The notes beneath the pieces were generated by a model. The model did not search any database. It saw only the letters and a list, made by a program, of their open reading frames with translations, and was not told where the DNA came from. From Nemertoderma westbladi (lineage: Eukaryota; Animalia; Xenacoelomorpha), in the NCBI GenBank assembly GCA_032718475.1, contig JAUCBJ010008161.1, positions 1 to 35,390 of the forward strand: a stretch of DNA of 35,390 bases, read 5' to 3'. A program made the translations under genes and the position numbers. This document shows, in pieces, positions 11,811 to 22,665 of this stretch. Within the stretch, counting starts at the first letter, position 1. The number at the start of each line of letters is the position of its first letter.

Positions 11811-12674
11811 ATGGCTGACAAAAAGCAAACTTTGTCAGATAGTCTCCTAGAAACAACAGTCTGCGACTCCGACAGGAGTACCGAACATTTGAGACCAAAG
11901 TTCAAGTCCCCTCCTACTGTAAGAAAAGTCATCCCTTCAGTAGTAGTATCAGACCCTAGGCTAGTAAAGCACCGTAGGTCTATCATAGGCACTCGGGCTC
12001 AAGTCAAGCGGGACCAAGAGGCAGCTGTTAAACAGCAGCAACACTCGAACCGAGAACTTATTTCTCAGCGGCCCGATAGCTCCAGTAGTTCAGATACTGT
12101 AGAGTTGACACCCGAGCGTGGAGCAAAGATGGCAGATGCAGTTTATTCAGATCCACTTCTCATTCTTCCTGAAGCCATACTCACTAGGGTATTGATTGCG
12201 GTGGAGGAACACCAAATCGATTGGGCGAGAAGTAAGCGATCGACCAAGGACAGTTATGCGGGATACACAATGGAGGAACTAAAGTCTATTGTCGAGACGC
12301 AATGGAACTTCCCCGGACCCGGACTTCCGTTTAACTTATCGGAAGCTGCCTGGGAGGACTAATACAGGATTTATCAAGTTCGAGAACGAATCCTAAGAAT
12401 CAGACTAATCCTTTCAGCCTTTGAGGAAGCCTCGAAGAGACGTCAAGACATGTCGTTGCAAGTTGCCGTAAAGACTTGGTTCCAACGGGTGAGTCTTAAA
12501 GTCCAAGGGACGACCCAATGGAAAATTCAGCTAACTGAGCGCTCGACCCACGGAGAATCAACAGACGCTACCTTTTCTCAGGTGGAAAGCGAAGCGACAT
12601 CAGAGAAACCTCAAAAGAAGGACGCCATTGACATCTATCTGTCAGACTATCAACGATTTATAGGTGACAAAGAG
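11811..12674 (+). pseudogene. Interrupted ORF of unknown function (possibly a retroelement gag/ORF1-like remnant)
   Basis: Track ORFs 11811-12362 and 12450-12758 are in the same frame, separated by a single TAA (12360-12362). GC content is above the flanks. The frame is cut at 12675 by a TTAA-CCC element. No recognisable motif. Confidence 0.45.
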
Positions 12675-14214
12675 TTAACCCTATTAGTACCGGGCTATAA
12701 AATGTTGTACAAATACCGGGGGGGGGTCATATTGACCCCCCCCCCCCCCCCCCTCTAAAATCTACAAATATTTACGAAAACGTCTGATTTTTTGTTTGTA
12801 CGTAGGTATCACTTGTCTGGATCCGACCGAAAAAAAAAATTTTCGAAAAAATGTACTGGGGTGGTTATATTGCAGCACCAAAATTACAAGTAGTGCACAA
12901 TTTTCACCAAATTTGAAAGTTACATTTTCGGCTAATTATTTTTCAATACAGGTTTTCTGGGGTGCAAAATACATTGGAAAACATTAAAAAATGATATGAT
13001 TACTATAAATGGCTGTTTAGTCCTCTCTGCGTAGGAAAAAAATGAAAAAAACAAGTAACCAGCACTTTTCAGTTAGAACACAAAATTTGTAATTCACTTA
13101 TACGATGCTATAAATTCACATTTTCAGGTTTTCGAGGGCGCTGATTCTAATGGAATACATTTCTAATATGCCAGATCATTGCTACTTGTATTTTTCGGCG
13201 TAATTTGGCAAATTTTGGTGCTAGCACCAAATTTCGTACCCATCACCAAAAAGTACAAGTTTGCGATGTCCAGTGCTGTTTTTATTGATTCCATCGGATT
13301 CAGGACCCTCATAAACCCGTATAACGCAAGAAACAAGGTGATACTATCTACTTATCAATTTGCATATTTTCCAAAATTTGGTGCTGGCACAACAATTTTC
13401 ACCCACCGGCGAAAAATACAAGTTTGAGAACTCTTATGAAATTTTTACTGATTCCATTGAATTCAGAACCATCACAAATCCGTATAACGCAAGAAACAAG
13501 GTGACACAATCAATTGATATATTTGATGGTTTTCAAAATTTGGTGCTAGCACCAAATTTTGCACCCACATCCGAAAAATACAAGTTTGAGATGTCTAGAT
13601 CGATAATTATATTTTCCATTAAATTCAGAACAGCCATAAACCTCTAAAACGCAAGAAATAAATTGTCACAAGCAATTTTATCTATTGAATGGATTTTCAA
13701 AATTTCGTGCTAGCACCAAAATTTGCACACAGCACCGAAAAATACAAGTTTGATACGCTTGGTGCAACTCGTATATATTTCATCGAATCCAGAAACCCAA
13801 AAAACCCCAATTGCGTAAAAAACAAGTTTCAAACGATGAATTTACAAAATTGACTTATTTCGAAATTTGGTGCTGGCACCAAAATTTGGCACCCACCGAA
13901 AAAAACAAGTTTGAAATTTCTAAATCAATTTATATGAATTCCATCAAATTTCTAACACCAAAAAACCGGTGTAAATCAAAAATAGAGATGTTACAATTCA
14001 TATTTAATGAAATGTAATTTTCAAAAAACGTCTCAAAAAAAGTGCCAAAAGTAGGGTTAAAAAATGGTGCTATAACTCGAAAAGTACCCAATATTTTTGA
14101 AAACGGTTTTCACTACTAGGAAGACAATAGATTTTTAGGAAAAGTCATAAAATTTCAGATTCCCAACTGCTTTTGTTTCAGAATTATAATAAAAAAACCA
14201 CGGGGGGGGGATCA
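12675..14214 (+). mobile_element. piggyBac-like non-autonomous element, right end truncated
   Basis: Starts TTAA|CCCTATTAGTACCGGG, then the palindrome gggggtcatattgaccccc. The right end reaches aaaaccacggggggggg but lacks the matching ...AGGGTTAA terminus. The gggttaa at 14054-14060 is not a good TIR match. Confidence 0.55.
13205..14000 (+). repeat. ~163-bp tandem repeat x5, each with the palindrome TTTGGTGCTAGCACCAAA or a close variant
   Basis: Palindrome or variant at ~13214, ~13377, ~13539, ~13703 and ~13866, each followed by aaaaatacaagtttga. Confidence 0.85.
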
Positions 14215-14561
14215 TAAGCCGAAAAAAGCCGAAAAAGTTAGGTCCTAAACTACTGAATATCAGAAATGCACCATTGAAGTTTAACATTAACTCCAAGCGA
14301 TTAACCAGACAAACTGACTACTGTATATTAAACACTATGTAAACAAACTACCATCCAGTGTCGAATTCTGATACGTACTGTACGTTCATAGCGGGTGTGT
14401 GTCGGTTAATGAAGGTCCGTTCTGCTAGTTTACGGTCTGCCCAGTCCTTGCACCGCCGCACAATTTTAGCGGTGAAGGGGTGTGGTGTGCTGGTGAGTGT
14501 TGGGTGCTTATCTACGTAGTGTGCACCGACAGCAGTCTTGCCCGCGCCCTCGTTACATTTA

Positions 14562-15068
14562 CGTAACTGTTGTTACCCTTTCTTTTTGGTCACCTGAGGT
14601 CTCCCAGACATTATCTCAACTCAATTAAAATATAATAATAATATAATACAACTATAACACGCTACAGACCCACTTTATGTTCGCGCTTTTAGACCTTTAG
14701 CAGTTTAACCTGCCAATTTTAATTGTCTTTTTGTATATCAATTATTTAATGTACTGAAGTTACATCAGCCGAAGCCAGCCTGTGCGCGACCATTCACCCA
14801 CAGTTAAGGGAGACTGGATTCGGATGCTTTGATAGTGATTGCAGTGTAGACCTACTGTATTATTCGATTGATCTTTAAACTTATTATACTGTTCCCCACA
14901 TACCGGTACTGTTGTTTCTTTGCATTCTGTATACTGGTGCAGTCTTCTCTCTCTGTATATTCGTATATTCTTTTACCTGAAGAAGCCCTGTTGGGTGAAA
15001 GCTCGTAACTGTTGTTACCCTTATTTTTGGTCACCTGAGGTCTCCCAGACATTATCTCAACTCAATTA
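14562..15068 (+). repeat. ~65-bp direct repeats (14562-14626 and 15004-15068) bracketing a dispersed-repeat fragment
   Basis: cgtaactgttgttaccctt..tttttggtcacctgaggtctcccagacattatctcaactcaatta occurs twice. Confidence 0.85.
14678..14878 (+). repeat. Dispersed repeat family, copy 2 (short terminal fragment)
   Basis: Reverse complement of ~8718-8916. Confidence 0.85.
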
Positions 15069-15173
15069 TGATTACTACTGTACGGTGACGAGAGCGCGAC
15101 AATTTCTTAATCAATTTCTTATTATTATATTTCTAATACTGTAGTACACGATTGTCCTCGTCTTCGGCCTCTG

Positions 15174-17640
15174 CAGCTGGATTGAGCTGAGGTTGGTGGA
15201 AGGGTGGAGCTGGAGCCACAGCAGGTGGTATAGAGAGGAGCAGTTGGATTGGGCTGAGGCTGGTGGAAGGGTGGAGCTGGAGCCACAGCGGGTGGTATAG
15301 GGAGGAGCAGTTGGATTGGGCTGAGGTTGGTGGAAGGGTCGAGCTGGAGCCACAGCGGGTGGTATAGGGAGGAGCAGTTGGATTGGGCTGAGGTTGGTGG
15401 AAGGGTCGAGCTGGAGCCACAGCGGGTGGTATAGGGAGGAGCAGTTGGATTGGGGTGAGGCTGGTGGAAGGGTGGAGCTGGAGCCACAACGGGCGGTATA
15501 CGGAGGAGCAGTTGGATTGGGGTGAGGTTGGTGGAAGGGTGGAGCTGGAGCCACAGCGGGTGGTATAGGGAGGAGCAGTTGGATTGGGCTGAGGCTGGTG
15601 GAAGGGTGGAGCTGAAGCCACAGCGGGTGGTATAGGGAGGAGCAGTTGGATTGGGCTGAGGCTGGTGGAAGGGTGGAGCTGGAGACACAGCGGGTGGTAT
15701 AGGGAGGAGCAGTTGGATTGGGCTGAGGCTGGTGGAAGGGTGGAGCTGGAGCCACAGCGGGTGGTATAGGGAGGAGCAGTTGGATTGGGCTGAGGTTGGT
15801 GGAAGGGTCGAGCTGGAGCCACAGCGGGTGGTATAGGGAGGAGCAGTTGAATTGGGGTGAGGCTGGTGGAAGGGTGAAGCTGGAGCCACAGCGGGTGGTA
15901 TAGGGAGGAGCAGTTGGATTGGGGTGAGGCTGGTGGAAGGGTCGAGCTGGAGCCACAGCGGGTGGTATAGGGAGGAGCAGTTGGATTGGGGTGAGGCTGG
16001 TGGAAGGGTGGAGCTGGAGCCACAGCGGGTGGTATAGGGAGGAGCAGTTGGATTGGGCTGAGGTTGGTGGAAGGGTCGAGCTGGAGCCACAGCGGGTGGT
16101 ATAGGGAGGAGCAGTTGGATTGGGGTGAGGCTGGTGGAAGGGTGGAGCTGGAGCCACAGCGGGTGGTATAGGGAGGAGCAGTTGGATTGGGGTGAGGTTG
16201 GTGGAAGGGTGGAGCTGGAGCCACAGCGGGTGGTATAGGGAGGAGCAGTTGGATTGGGCTGGTTGGTGGAAGGATGGAGCTGGAGCCACAGCGGGTGGTA
16301 TAGGGAGGAGCAGTTGGATTGGGCTGAGGTTGGTGGAAGGGTCGAGCTGGAGCCACAGCGGGTGGTATAGGGAGGAGCAGTTGGATTGGGGTGAGGCTGG
16401 TGGAAGGTTGGAGCTGGAGCCACAGCGGGTGGTATAGGGAGGAGCAGTTGGATTGGGGTGAGGCTGGTGGAAGGGTGGAGCTGGAGCCACAACGGGCGGT
16501 ATAGGGAGGAGCAGTTGGATTGGGGTGAGGTTGGTGGAAGGGTGGAGCTGGAGCCACAGCGGGTGGTATAGGGAGGAGCAGTTGGATTGGGCTGAGGCTG
16601 GTGGAAGGGTGGAGCTGAAGCCACAGCGGGTGGTATAGGGAGGAGCAGTTGGATTGGGCTGAGGCTGGTGGAAGGGTGGAGCTGGAGACACAACGGGTGG
16701 TATAGGGAGGAGCAGTTGGATTGGGCTAAGGCTGGTGGAAGGGTGGAGCTGGAGCCACAGCGGGTGGTATAGGGAGGAGCAGTTGGATTGGGCTGAGGTT
16801 GGTGGAAGGGTCGAGCTGGAGCCACAGCGGGTGGTATAGGGAGGAGCAGTTGGATTGGGGTGAGGCTGGTGGAAGGGTGGTGCTGGAGCCACAGCGGGTG
16901 GTATAGGGAGGAGCAGTTGGATTGGGCTGAGGTTGGTGGAAGGGTCGAGCTGGAGCCACAGCGGGTGGTATAGGGAGGAGCAGTTGGATTGGTGTGAGGC
17001 TGGTGGAAGGGTGGAGCTGGAGCCACAGCGGGTGGTATAGGGAGGAGCAGTTGGATTGGGGTGAGGCTGGTGGAAGGGTGGTGCTGGAGCCACAGCGGGT
17101 GGTATAGGGAGGAGCAGTTGGATTGGGCTGAGGTTGGTGGAAGGGTCGAGCTGGAGCCACAGCGGGTGGTATAGGGAGGAGCAGTTGGATTGGTGTGAGG
17201 CTGGTGGAAGGGTGGAGCTGGAGCCACAGCGGGTGGTATAGGGAGGAGCAGTTGGATTGGGGTGAGGTTGGTGGAAGGGTGGAGCTGGAGCCACAGCGGG
17301 TGGTATAGGGAGGAGCAGTTGGATTGGGCTGGTTGGTGGAAGGGTGGAGCTGGAGCTACAGCGGTTGGTATAGGGAGGAGCAGTTGGATTGGGCTGTGGT
17401 TGGTGGAAGGGTCGAGCTGGAGCCACAGCGGGTGGTATAGGGAGGAACAGTTGGATTGGGGTGAGGCTGGTGGAAGGGTGGAGCTGGAGCCACAACGGGC
17501 GGTATAGGGAGGAGCAGTTGGATTGGGGTGAGGTTGGTGGAAGGGTGGAGCTGGAGCCACAGCGGGTGGTATAGGGAGGAGCAGTTGGATTGGGGTGAGG
17601 CTGGTGGAAGGCTGGTGAGATGGAGCCACAGCGGGTGGTA
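15174..17640 (+). repeat. 67-bp G-rich minisatellite, about 37 copies
   Basis: Unit cagttggattgggctgaggctggtggaagggtggagctggagccacagcgggtggtatagggaggag (67 bp). Two units with 4-bp deletions at ~16258 and ~17328. Confidence 0.97.
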
Positions 17641-18076
17641 TTACTTTACAACACTATTCTAGGGCAGGGAAGTTAAACTTTTATTAGCATTGCAACTAAC
17701 GAACGAAAGTGCTATTGTGTTGTATATTATAATCATATAATGTGACTTACTTATAGTCTTACTTTCTTGCACTTTATAAGAAACGTTTCGTAGCGATACG
17801 TTTCAGAAAGGACGATAATTGTAATTTACAAGGTTTAAATTCCGACTTTAGAGTTCCGTTTTATTTTATTAGAACAAATAGATATATTAATTTATGAGCA
17901 AAATATTATGTTTCATTAATATCCAAATAATAATCCACATACACAATTATCGTTATATTAAACTGTAAATGTACAGTATGTTTCTCAATATTACTTTCTG
18001 TATATTACGAATTAAACATTTCAAACTGGGACTTTATTAAAAAGTTTTAATGGATAAATAGTATAATCTAAAGCAG

Positions 18077-18346
18077 TAAATAATATTATAGTATAATGCT
18101 CATGAGTCGCAGCGCCATCACGCGGGCAATACAATTAACAATTGACCGTAACACTAGATGATATTACATAGTGTACTTCCGATAACCGGAAGCAATCCTA
18201 TCAGTCATCTATCATAGACCATAACCAATAACTCAACCGATTAAATAGTTCAACTAATTAATGGGAAACTGATAGACCGTGCCCCGTACCGCTACTATGG
18301 TAGGCTATTCATACTCAATCTCTGCTTCCATCTGATTGTATGACAG
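18077..18346 (+). repeat. Dispersed direct repeat, copy 2 of the cold-shock gene upstream region
   Basis: Matches 1005-1261 and ends exactly where the repeat starting at 18347 begins. Confidence 0.9.
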
Positions 18347-18981
18347 TGTTCGCGCTTTCAGACCTTTGGCAGTTTAACCCGCCAAATTAGGATGTCTTCT
18401 AGATAATAATTCGCTTTTAGCCTATGACAAGTATTTGATTCACTACACTAGTCGAAACCAATCTGTGCGCGATCATTCACCCGCTGGATATACCCGGGAG
18501 ATTGGGTTCGACGGCTTAATCGTATTGCTATGTAAGCCTAATGTATTATTCGACTGACAGTATTATATAATCTCTGACAATATTATTCACCTTCGGGAAA
18601 TATTAACAGTTCCTTTAGGACGTGGCGCTCTATCTATAAAAACAGAGTTATGACTTAAACTACTCACAACGATATGGCTTAGTTACAATTCACATATATG
18701 GCGCATTCTTTAGGTAATGCTTCGTTATCAGTCTCACTCATACACAATGCTGCACAATACTGCACACTAATCTGCCGATCTTCACTGATTTTAGTCACAT
18801 ATAAAAGGAACACGGACCGGATCATGTAGGGTCTATCAAATAACATTAGATTCACTTCAAACCACTTTAACATAAGTCACAATCGTTATATGTAACCTTT
18901 CTCTCTTACCTTCGGTATATCAAGAATATTGGGTTTTCGGGGTTATTTATCGTTATTCCAAATATAATAATTCATCAACCA
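18347..18981 (+). repeat. Dispersed repeat family, copy 3 (diverged), cut by the Maverick-like element
   Basis: Collinear with the reverse complement of 8290-8916. Confidence 0.8.
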
Positions 18982-19602
18982 TAGTAGTAGGGTCTTGGCC
19001 GGCTCTGCGACAGTTGGACCCCACTGACACCCATTGGGTGTCATATGACACCCAATTATCACCCTATGGGTGTCATTGGGTGTCATTGGCGCCAGACTGT
19101 CTGGGTGACACCTCCCAATTAGGCTAATTAGACCCTAATTGACAGGTGTCATCAATTAATTAGTACAATTAAACCCTAACAGGTGTCATATGACTCCTAA
19201 TTAGGGTTTAATTGATTATCCTAATTAATCAGACTGATTAGCGCCCTGACACACAATGGGTCGTCAGTGTTGTCCAACTGTCGCAGAGCCGGCTCAAGAG
19301 GGTGTCATAAGTGACACCGCAGCTCTTTTATTCATTAATACTTATTTATATTTAATTTTAATTATTTGCATTTTATTTTATTCGTATTTAATTCTAAATT
19401 AATTATTCATTTGTACTTTATGGGTATACAGCTCCCTTACTGGTAACTAATTACTCCAGACAGCTTTATCGTTGACCTTTGACCCCCCAATTAGCTTTAA
19501 CCAAGCAACAGCATATTAATGATAGTTGTATCCAAGCGCCCCTGCCCTGGGGCATAGTCTATGCCTCAGTGAGGCATAGTCTATGCCTCAGTGAGGCATA
19601 GT

Positions 19603-20028
19603 CTATGCCTCAGTGTCTTGACCTTCACTTTCTTCATCATCATCCTGATCTTCACTTTCTTCGTTCTCAACCTCACTCTCTTCAACTTCATCCTGACCCT
19701 CACTATTTTCATTCTCCATCTCATCATCCTCTTCTTCTCCATCTTTCTCACTCAAATTTTCCTCATTTTCTAGGGGTAACTGTTTTTGTATCCCTTTCAA
19801 AATATTCATAACTTTATGAAATTTACTTTCCATTGTCTGTTTTATATTTAATATATCACGCTCATCTCTCTTTTTCTTTTCATCTTCACTAAAAATATCT
19901 TCGGATTTTTTAAATTTTTTTGGTAATGGAGCCATTAGTTTTTCCTTTCCATGTGTTTCCATATGACGAGATAAATTGTCTTGTCTCATTTCTTTATTAC
20001 AGACCAAACAAGTTTCATGTCTATGCAT
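19603..20028 (-). CDS. 141-aa protein: N-terminal C2H2 zinc finger, basic segment, acidic C-terminal tail (element cargo)
   Basis: CLVCNKEMRQDNLSRHMETH (C-x2-C-x11-H-x3-H), then PKKFKK (NLS-like) and an E/D-rich tail. ATG start, open frame, promoter-like motifs upstream. Confidence 0.7.
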   Translation of the reverse strand: MHRHETCLVCNKEMRQDNLSRHMETHGKEKLMAPLPKKFKKSEDIFSEDEKKKRDERDILNIKQTMESKFHKVMNILKGIQKQLPLENEENLSEKDGEEEDDEMENENSEGQDEVEESEVENEESEDQDDDEESEGQDTEA

Positions 20029-20167
20029 TATATAGCAATGTCAATTGAAAATATTGAATTTTAGCTAAATGATTTTACAAAATTTTAAATAAATTAAACT
20101 TTTATGAAAATAAATAAAACTTTTTAATATAAAACTTAGAGAATGACTGGGAATGCGTTGAACGGGG

Positions 20168-20270
20168 GTTATTATAGAGGGAGGCTAGAATGGATTATCC
20201 AATCAGAGTGCGAGGGTGAGTTAGGCAGCCAATCAGGACTCGAGGGAGGAAAGTTAAACAGCCAATGAGA
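20168..20270 (-). promoter_or_regulatory. Putative promoter of the zinc-finger ORF: three CCAAT boxes and a TATA-like element
   Basis: CCAAT at 20199, 20229 and 20262 (spacing 30 and 33 bp; contexts ccaatcag, ccaatcag, ccaatgag). TATAAT on the minus strand at 20171-20176, ~145 bp upstream of the ATG. Confidence 0.55.
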
Positions 20271-20484
20271 GAGCAGATGCGAGTACAGGGGTAAAGTGCC
20301 CGCCCATCCATGGTGAGATAACGTCACACTAACTCTCAAGGATAGTTATACTCACCATTCAAATATCCCTCGCAAACCAGATTCCCCCCCAGCATCTAAC
20401 ATATTCCACTTCAATGCAAAATATATAGAGCTTTAGTTGGATTTGAACCTGTGCTTGTAAACTTTTTTGTGCTCGTATATTGAA

Positions 20485-21394
20485 GTGAGGCATAGACTAT
20501 GCCTCACTGAGGCATAGTCTATGCCTCAGTGCCTTAGTGAGGCATAGTCTATGCCTCAATGAGTCATAGTCTATGCCTCAGTGCCTCAGTGAGGCATAGT
20601 CTATGCCTCAGTGAGTCATAGTCTATGCCTCAGTGCCTCAGTGAGGCATAGTCTATGCCTCAGTGAGGTCTAGTCTATGCCTCAGTGAGGCAGAGTCTAT
20701 CCCTCACTGCCTCAGTGAGACACTGAGTGAGGCATAGACTATGCCTCAGTGAGTCATAGTCTATGCCTCAATGCCTCAGTGAGGCATAGTCTATGCCTCA
20801 GTGAGGCATAGTCTATGCCTCAGTGAGTCATAGTCTATGCCTCAGTGCCTCAGTGGGGCAGTGAGGCATAGTCTATGCCTCAGTGAGGCATAGTCTATGC
20901 CTCAGTGAGTCATAGTCTATGCCTCAGTGAGTCATAGTCTATGCCTCAGTGCCTCAGTGAGGCCTAGTCTATGCCTCAGTGAGGCCTAGTCTATGCCTCA
21001 GTGCCTCAGTGAGGCCTAGTCTATGCCTCAGTGAGGCCTAGTCTATGCCTCAGTGAGGCATAGTCTATGCCTCAGTGAGTCATAGTCTATGCCTCAGTGC
21101 CTCAGTGAGGCAGTGAGGCATAGTCTATGCCTCAGTGAGGCATAGTCTATGCCTCAGTGAGTCATAGTCTATGCCTCAGTGAGTCATAGTCTATGCCTCA
21201 GTGCCTCAGTGAGACCTAGTCTATGCCTCAGTGAGGCCTAGTCTATGCCTCAGTGAGGCATAGTCTATGCCTCAGTGAGGCATAGTCTATGCCTCAGTGC
21301 CTCAGTGAGGCATAGTCTATGCCTCAGTGCCTCAATGAGGCATAGTCTATGCCTCAGTGAGTCATAGTCTATGCCTCGGTGAGGCATAGTCTGT
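20485..21394. repeat. Array of 22-bp palindromic repeats (TGAGGCATAG-T-CTATGCCTCA-G); short sister array at 19548-19615
   Basis: 10-bp arms are exact reverse complements. Irregular extra 8-bp tgcctcag spacers and variants tgagtcatag and tgaggcctag. Confidence 0.95.
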
Positions 21395-22665
21395 GTCAAG
21401 TCTTAAATGAGAGTCTTACAAATTCGAACGTCAACGAACAAATTCGAAGGTTACTGTTCCACCTTGGTGTAGTGGTTGCGTAGAATTCACATCTCTCGTA
21501 TGTCATGGGTTCGACCCCTGCATGAACCAGGGCAGTTTTCGTTCGATCAGCAATAGGTCTAACGTTGCAAAATGCAGTATTATTGCCTAGTAACCAATTC
21601 ATGGCTACGGTATGGTTTTCACTTTGAGACATTAAGCCCTCTAGCGGCAGACTGGGGAACTTCATACTACTCTGTGACTCTGCAAAAGATATAGCCTATG
21701 CCATAGTAGATGCCGATTGGGGGGTCAAATTAAGTAATAATATATCTAAATAAGCCTCAAACATCTTGCCTCATGGCTCGCCCCTTAGAACTCTTAAGCA
21801 ATATAACTTCATGGTTTTGCGGATTGTAAATAACAAAGTTAGAGAAGATGTTAATTTTCAAATAATACGCCCTCTAGCGGCAGACTATGGAACTGCAGGC
21901 GGTTGGATATAGGTAAGAGTAATTAGTAATCAGAGCTGTCACGGGGTGGGGGCAGGGGCGCTTGGATACAACTATCATTAATATGCTGTTGCTTGGTTAA
22001 AGCTAATTGGGGGGTCAAAGGTCAAAGGTCAACGATAAAGCTGTCTGGATATAGATAAGAGTAATTAGTTACCAGTAAGGGAGCTGTATACCCATAAAGT
22101 ACAAATGAATAATTAATTTAGAATTAAATACGAATAAAATAAAATGCAAATAATTAATTAAAATTAAATATAAATAAATAGGTATTAATGAATAAAAGAG
22201 CTGCGGTGTCACTTATGACACCCTCTTGAGCCGGCTCTGCGACAGTTGGACATACACTGATGACCCATTGTGTGTCAGGGCGCTAATCAGTCTGATTAAT
22301 TAGGATAATCAATTAAACCCTAATTAGGAGTCATATGACACCTGTTAGGGTTTAATTGTACTAATTAATTGATGACACCTGTCAATTAGGGTCTAATTAG
22401 CCTAATTGGGAGGTGTCACCCAGACAGTCTGGCGCCAATGACACCCAATGACACCCATAGGGTGATAATTGGGTGTCATATGACACCCAATGGGTGTCAG
22501 TGAGGTCCAAGTGTCACAGAGCCGGCCAAGACCCTACTACTAATGTCATTTCAATATGAGACAGAAAGTCTGGAATTTCGGTCCGTCGATTTCAAAGTCA
22601 TTTCAATATGCCATCAAGGTCATTTCAATGTCAATGCTACTTTCAATGATATTCTATGTACACAT

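Larger units (their letters stand above)
18983..22541. mobile_element. Non-autonomous Maverick/Polinton-like element with long TIRs
   Basis: Termini AGTAGTAGGGTCTTGGCC...GGCCAAGACCCTACTACT. TIRs ~18983-19547 and ~21950-22541 are near-identical apart from small indels. AGT-repeat termini plus long TIRs are Polinton hallmarks. No pPolB, integrase or capsid ORF, and no matching 6-bp TSD (aaccat vs aatgtc). The TIR structure is certain; the superfamily is inferred. Confidence 0.72.

Noticed and set aside
13179-14017. Short ORFs with repeated LVLAPNF motif
   Set aside because: Translations of the 163-bp non-coding tandem repeat in shifting frames.
15111-17629. Three long Pro-rich ORFs (794, 834 and 474 aa) as mucin/extensin genes
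   Set aside because: They are by-products of a 67-bp unit that is not a multiple of 3. All frames give the same cycling peptide, 4-bp deletions are tolerated, and there is no signal peptide or unique domain.
19591-19811. Hydrophobic and His-rich plus-strand ORFs
   Set aside because: Antisense shadows of the acidic tail of the zinc-finger ORF.
20485-21394. CRISPR array
   Set aside because: The palindromic repeats have no unique spacers, there are no cas genes, and the context is eukaryotic.
21500-21545. tRNA-like GGTTCGACCCC inside the Maverick-like element
   Set aside because: B-box-like motif only; I could not fold a cloverleaf. It may be a SINE or Pol III remnant but is unsupported.
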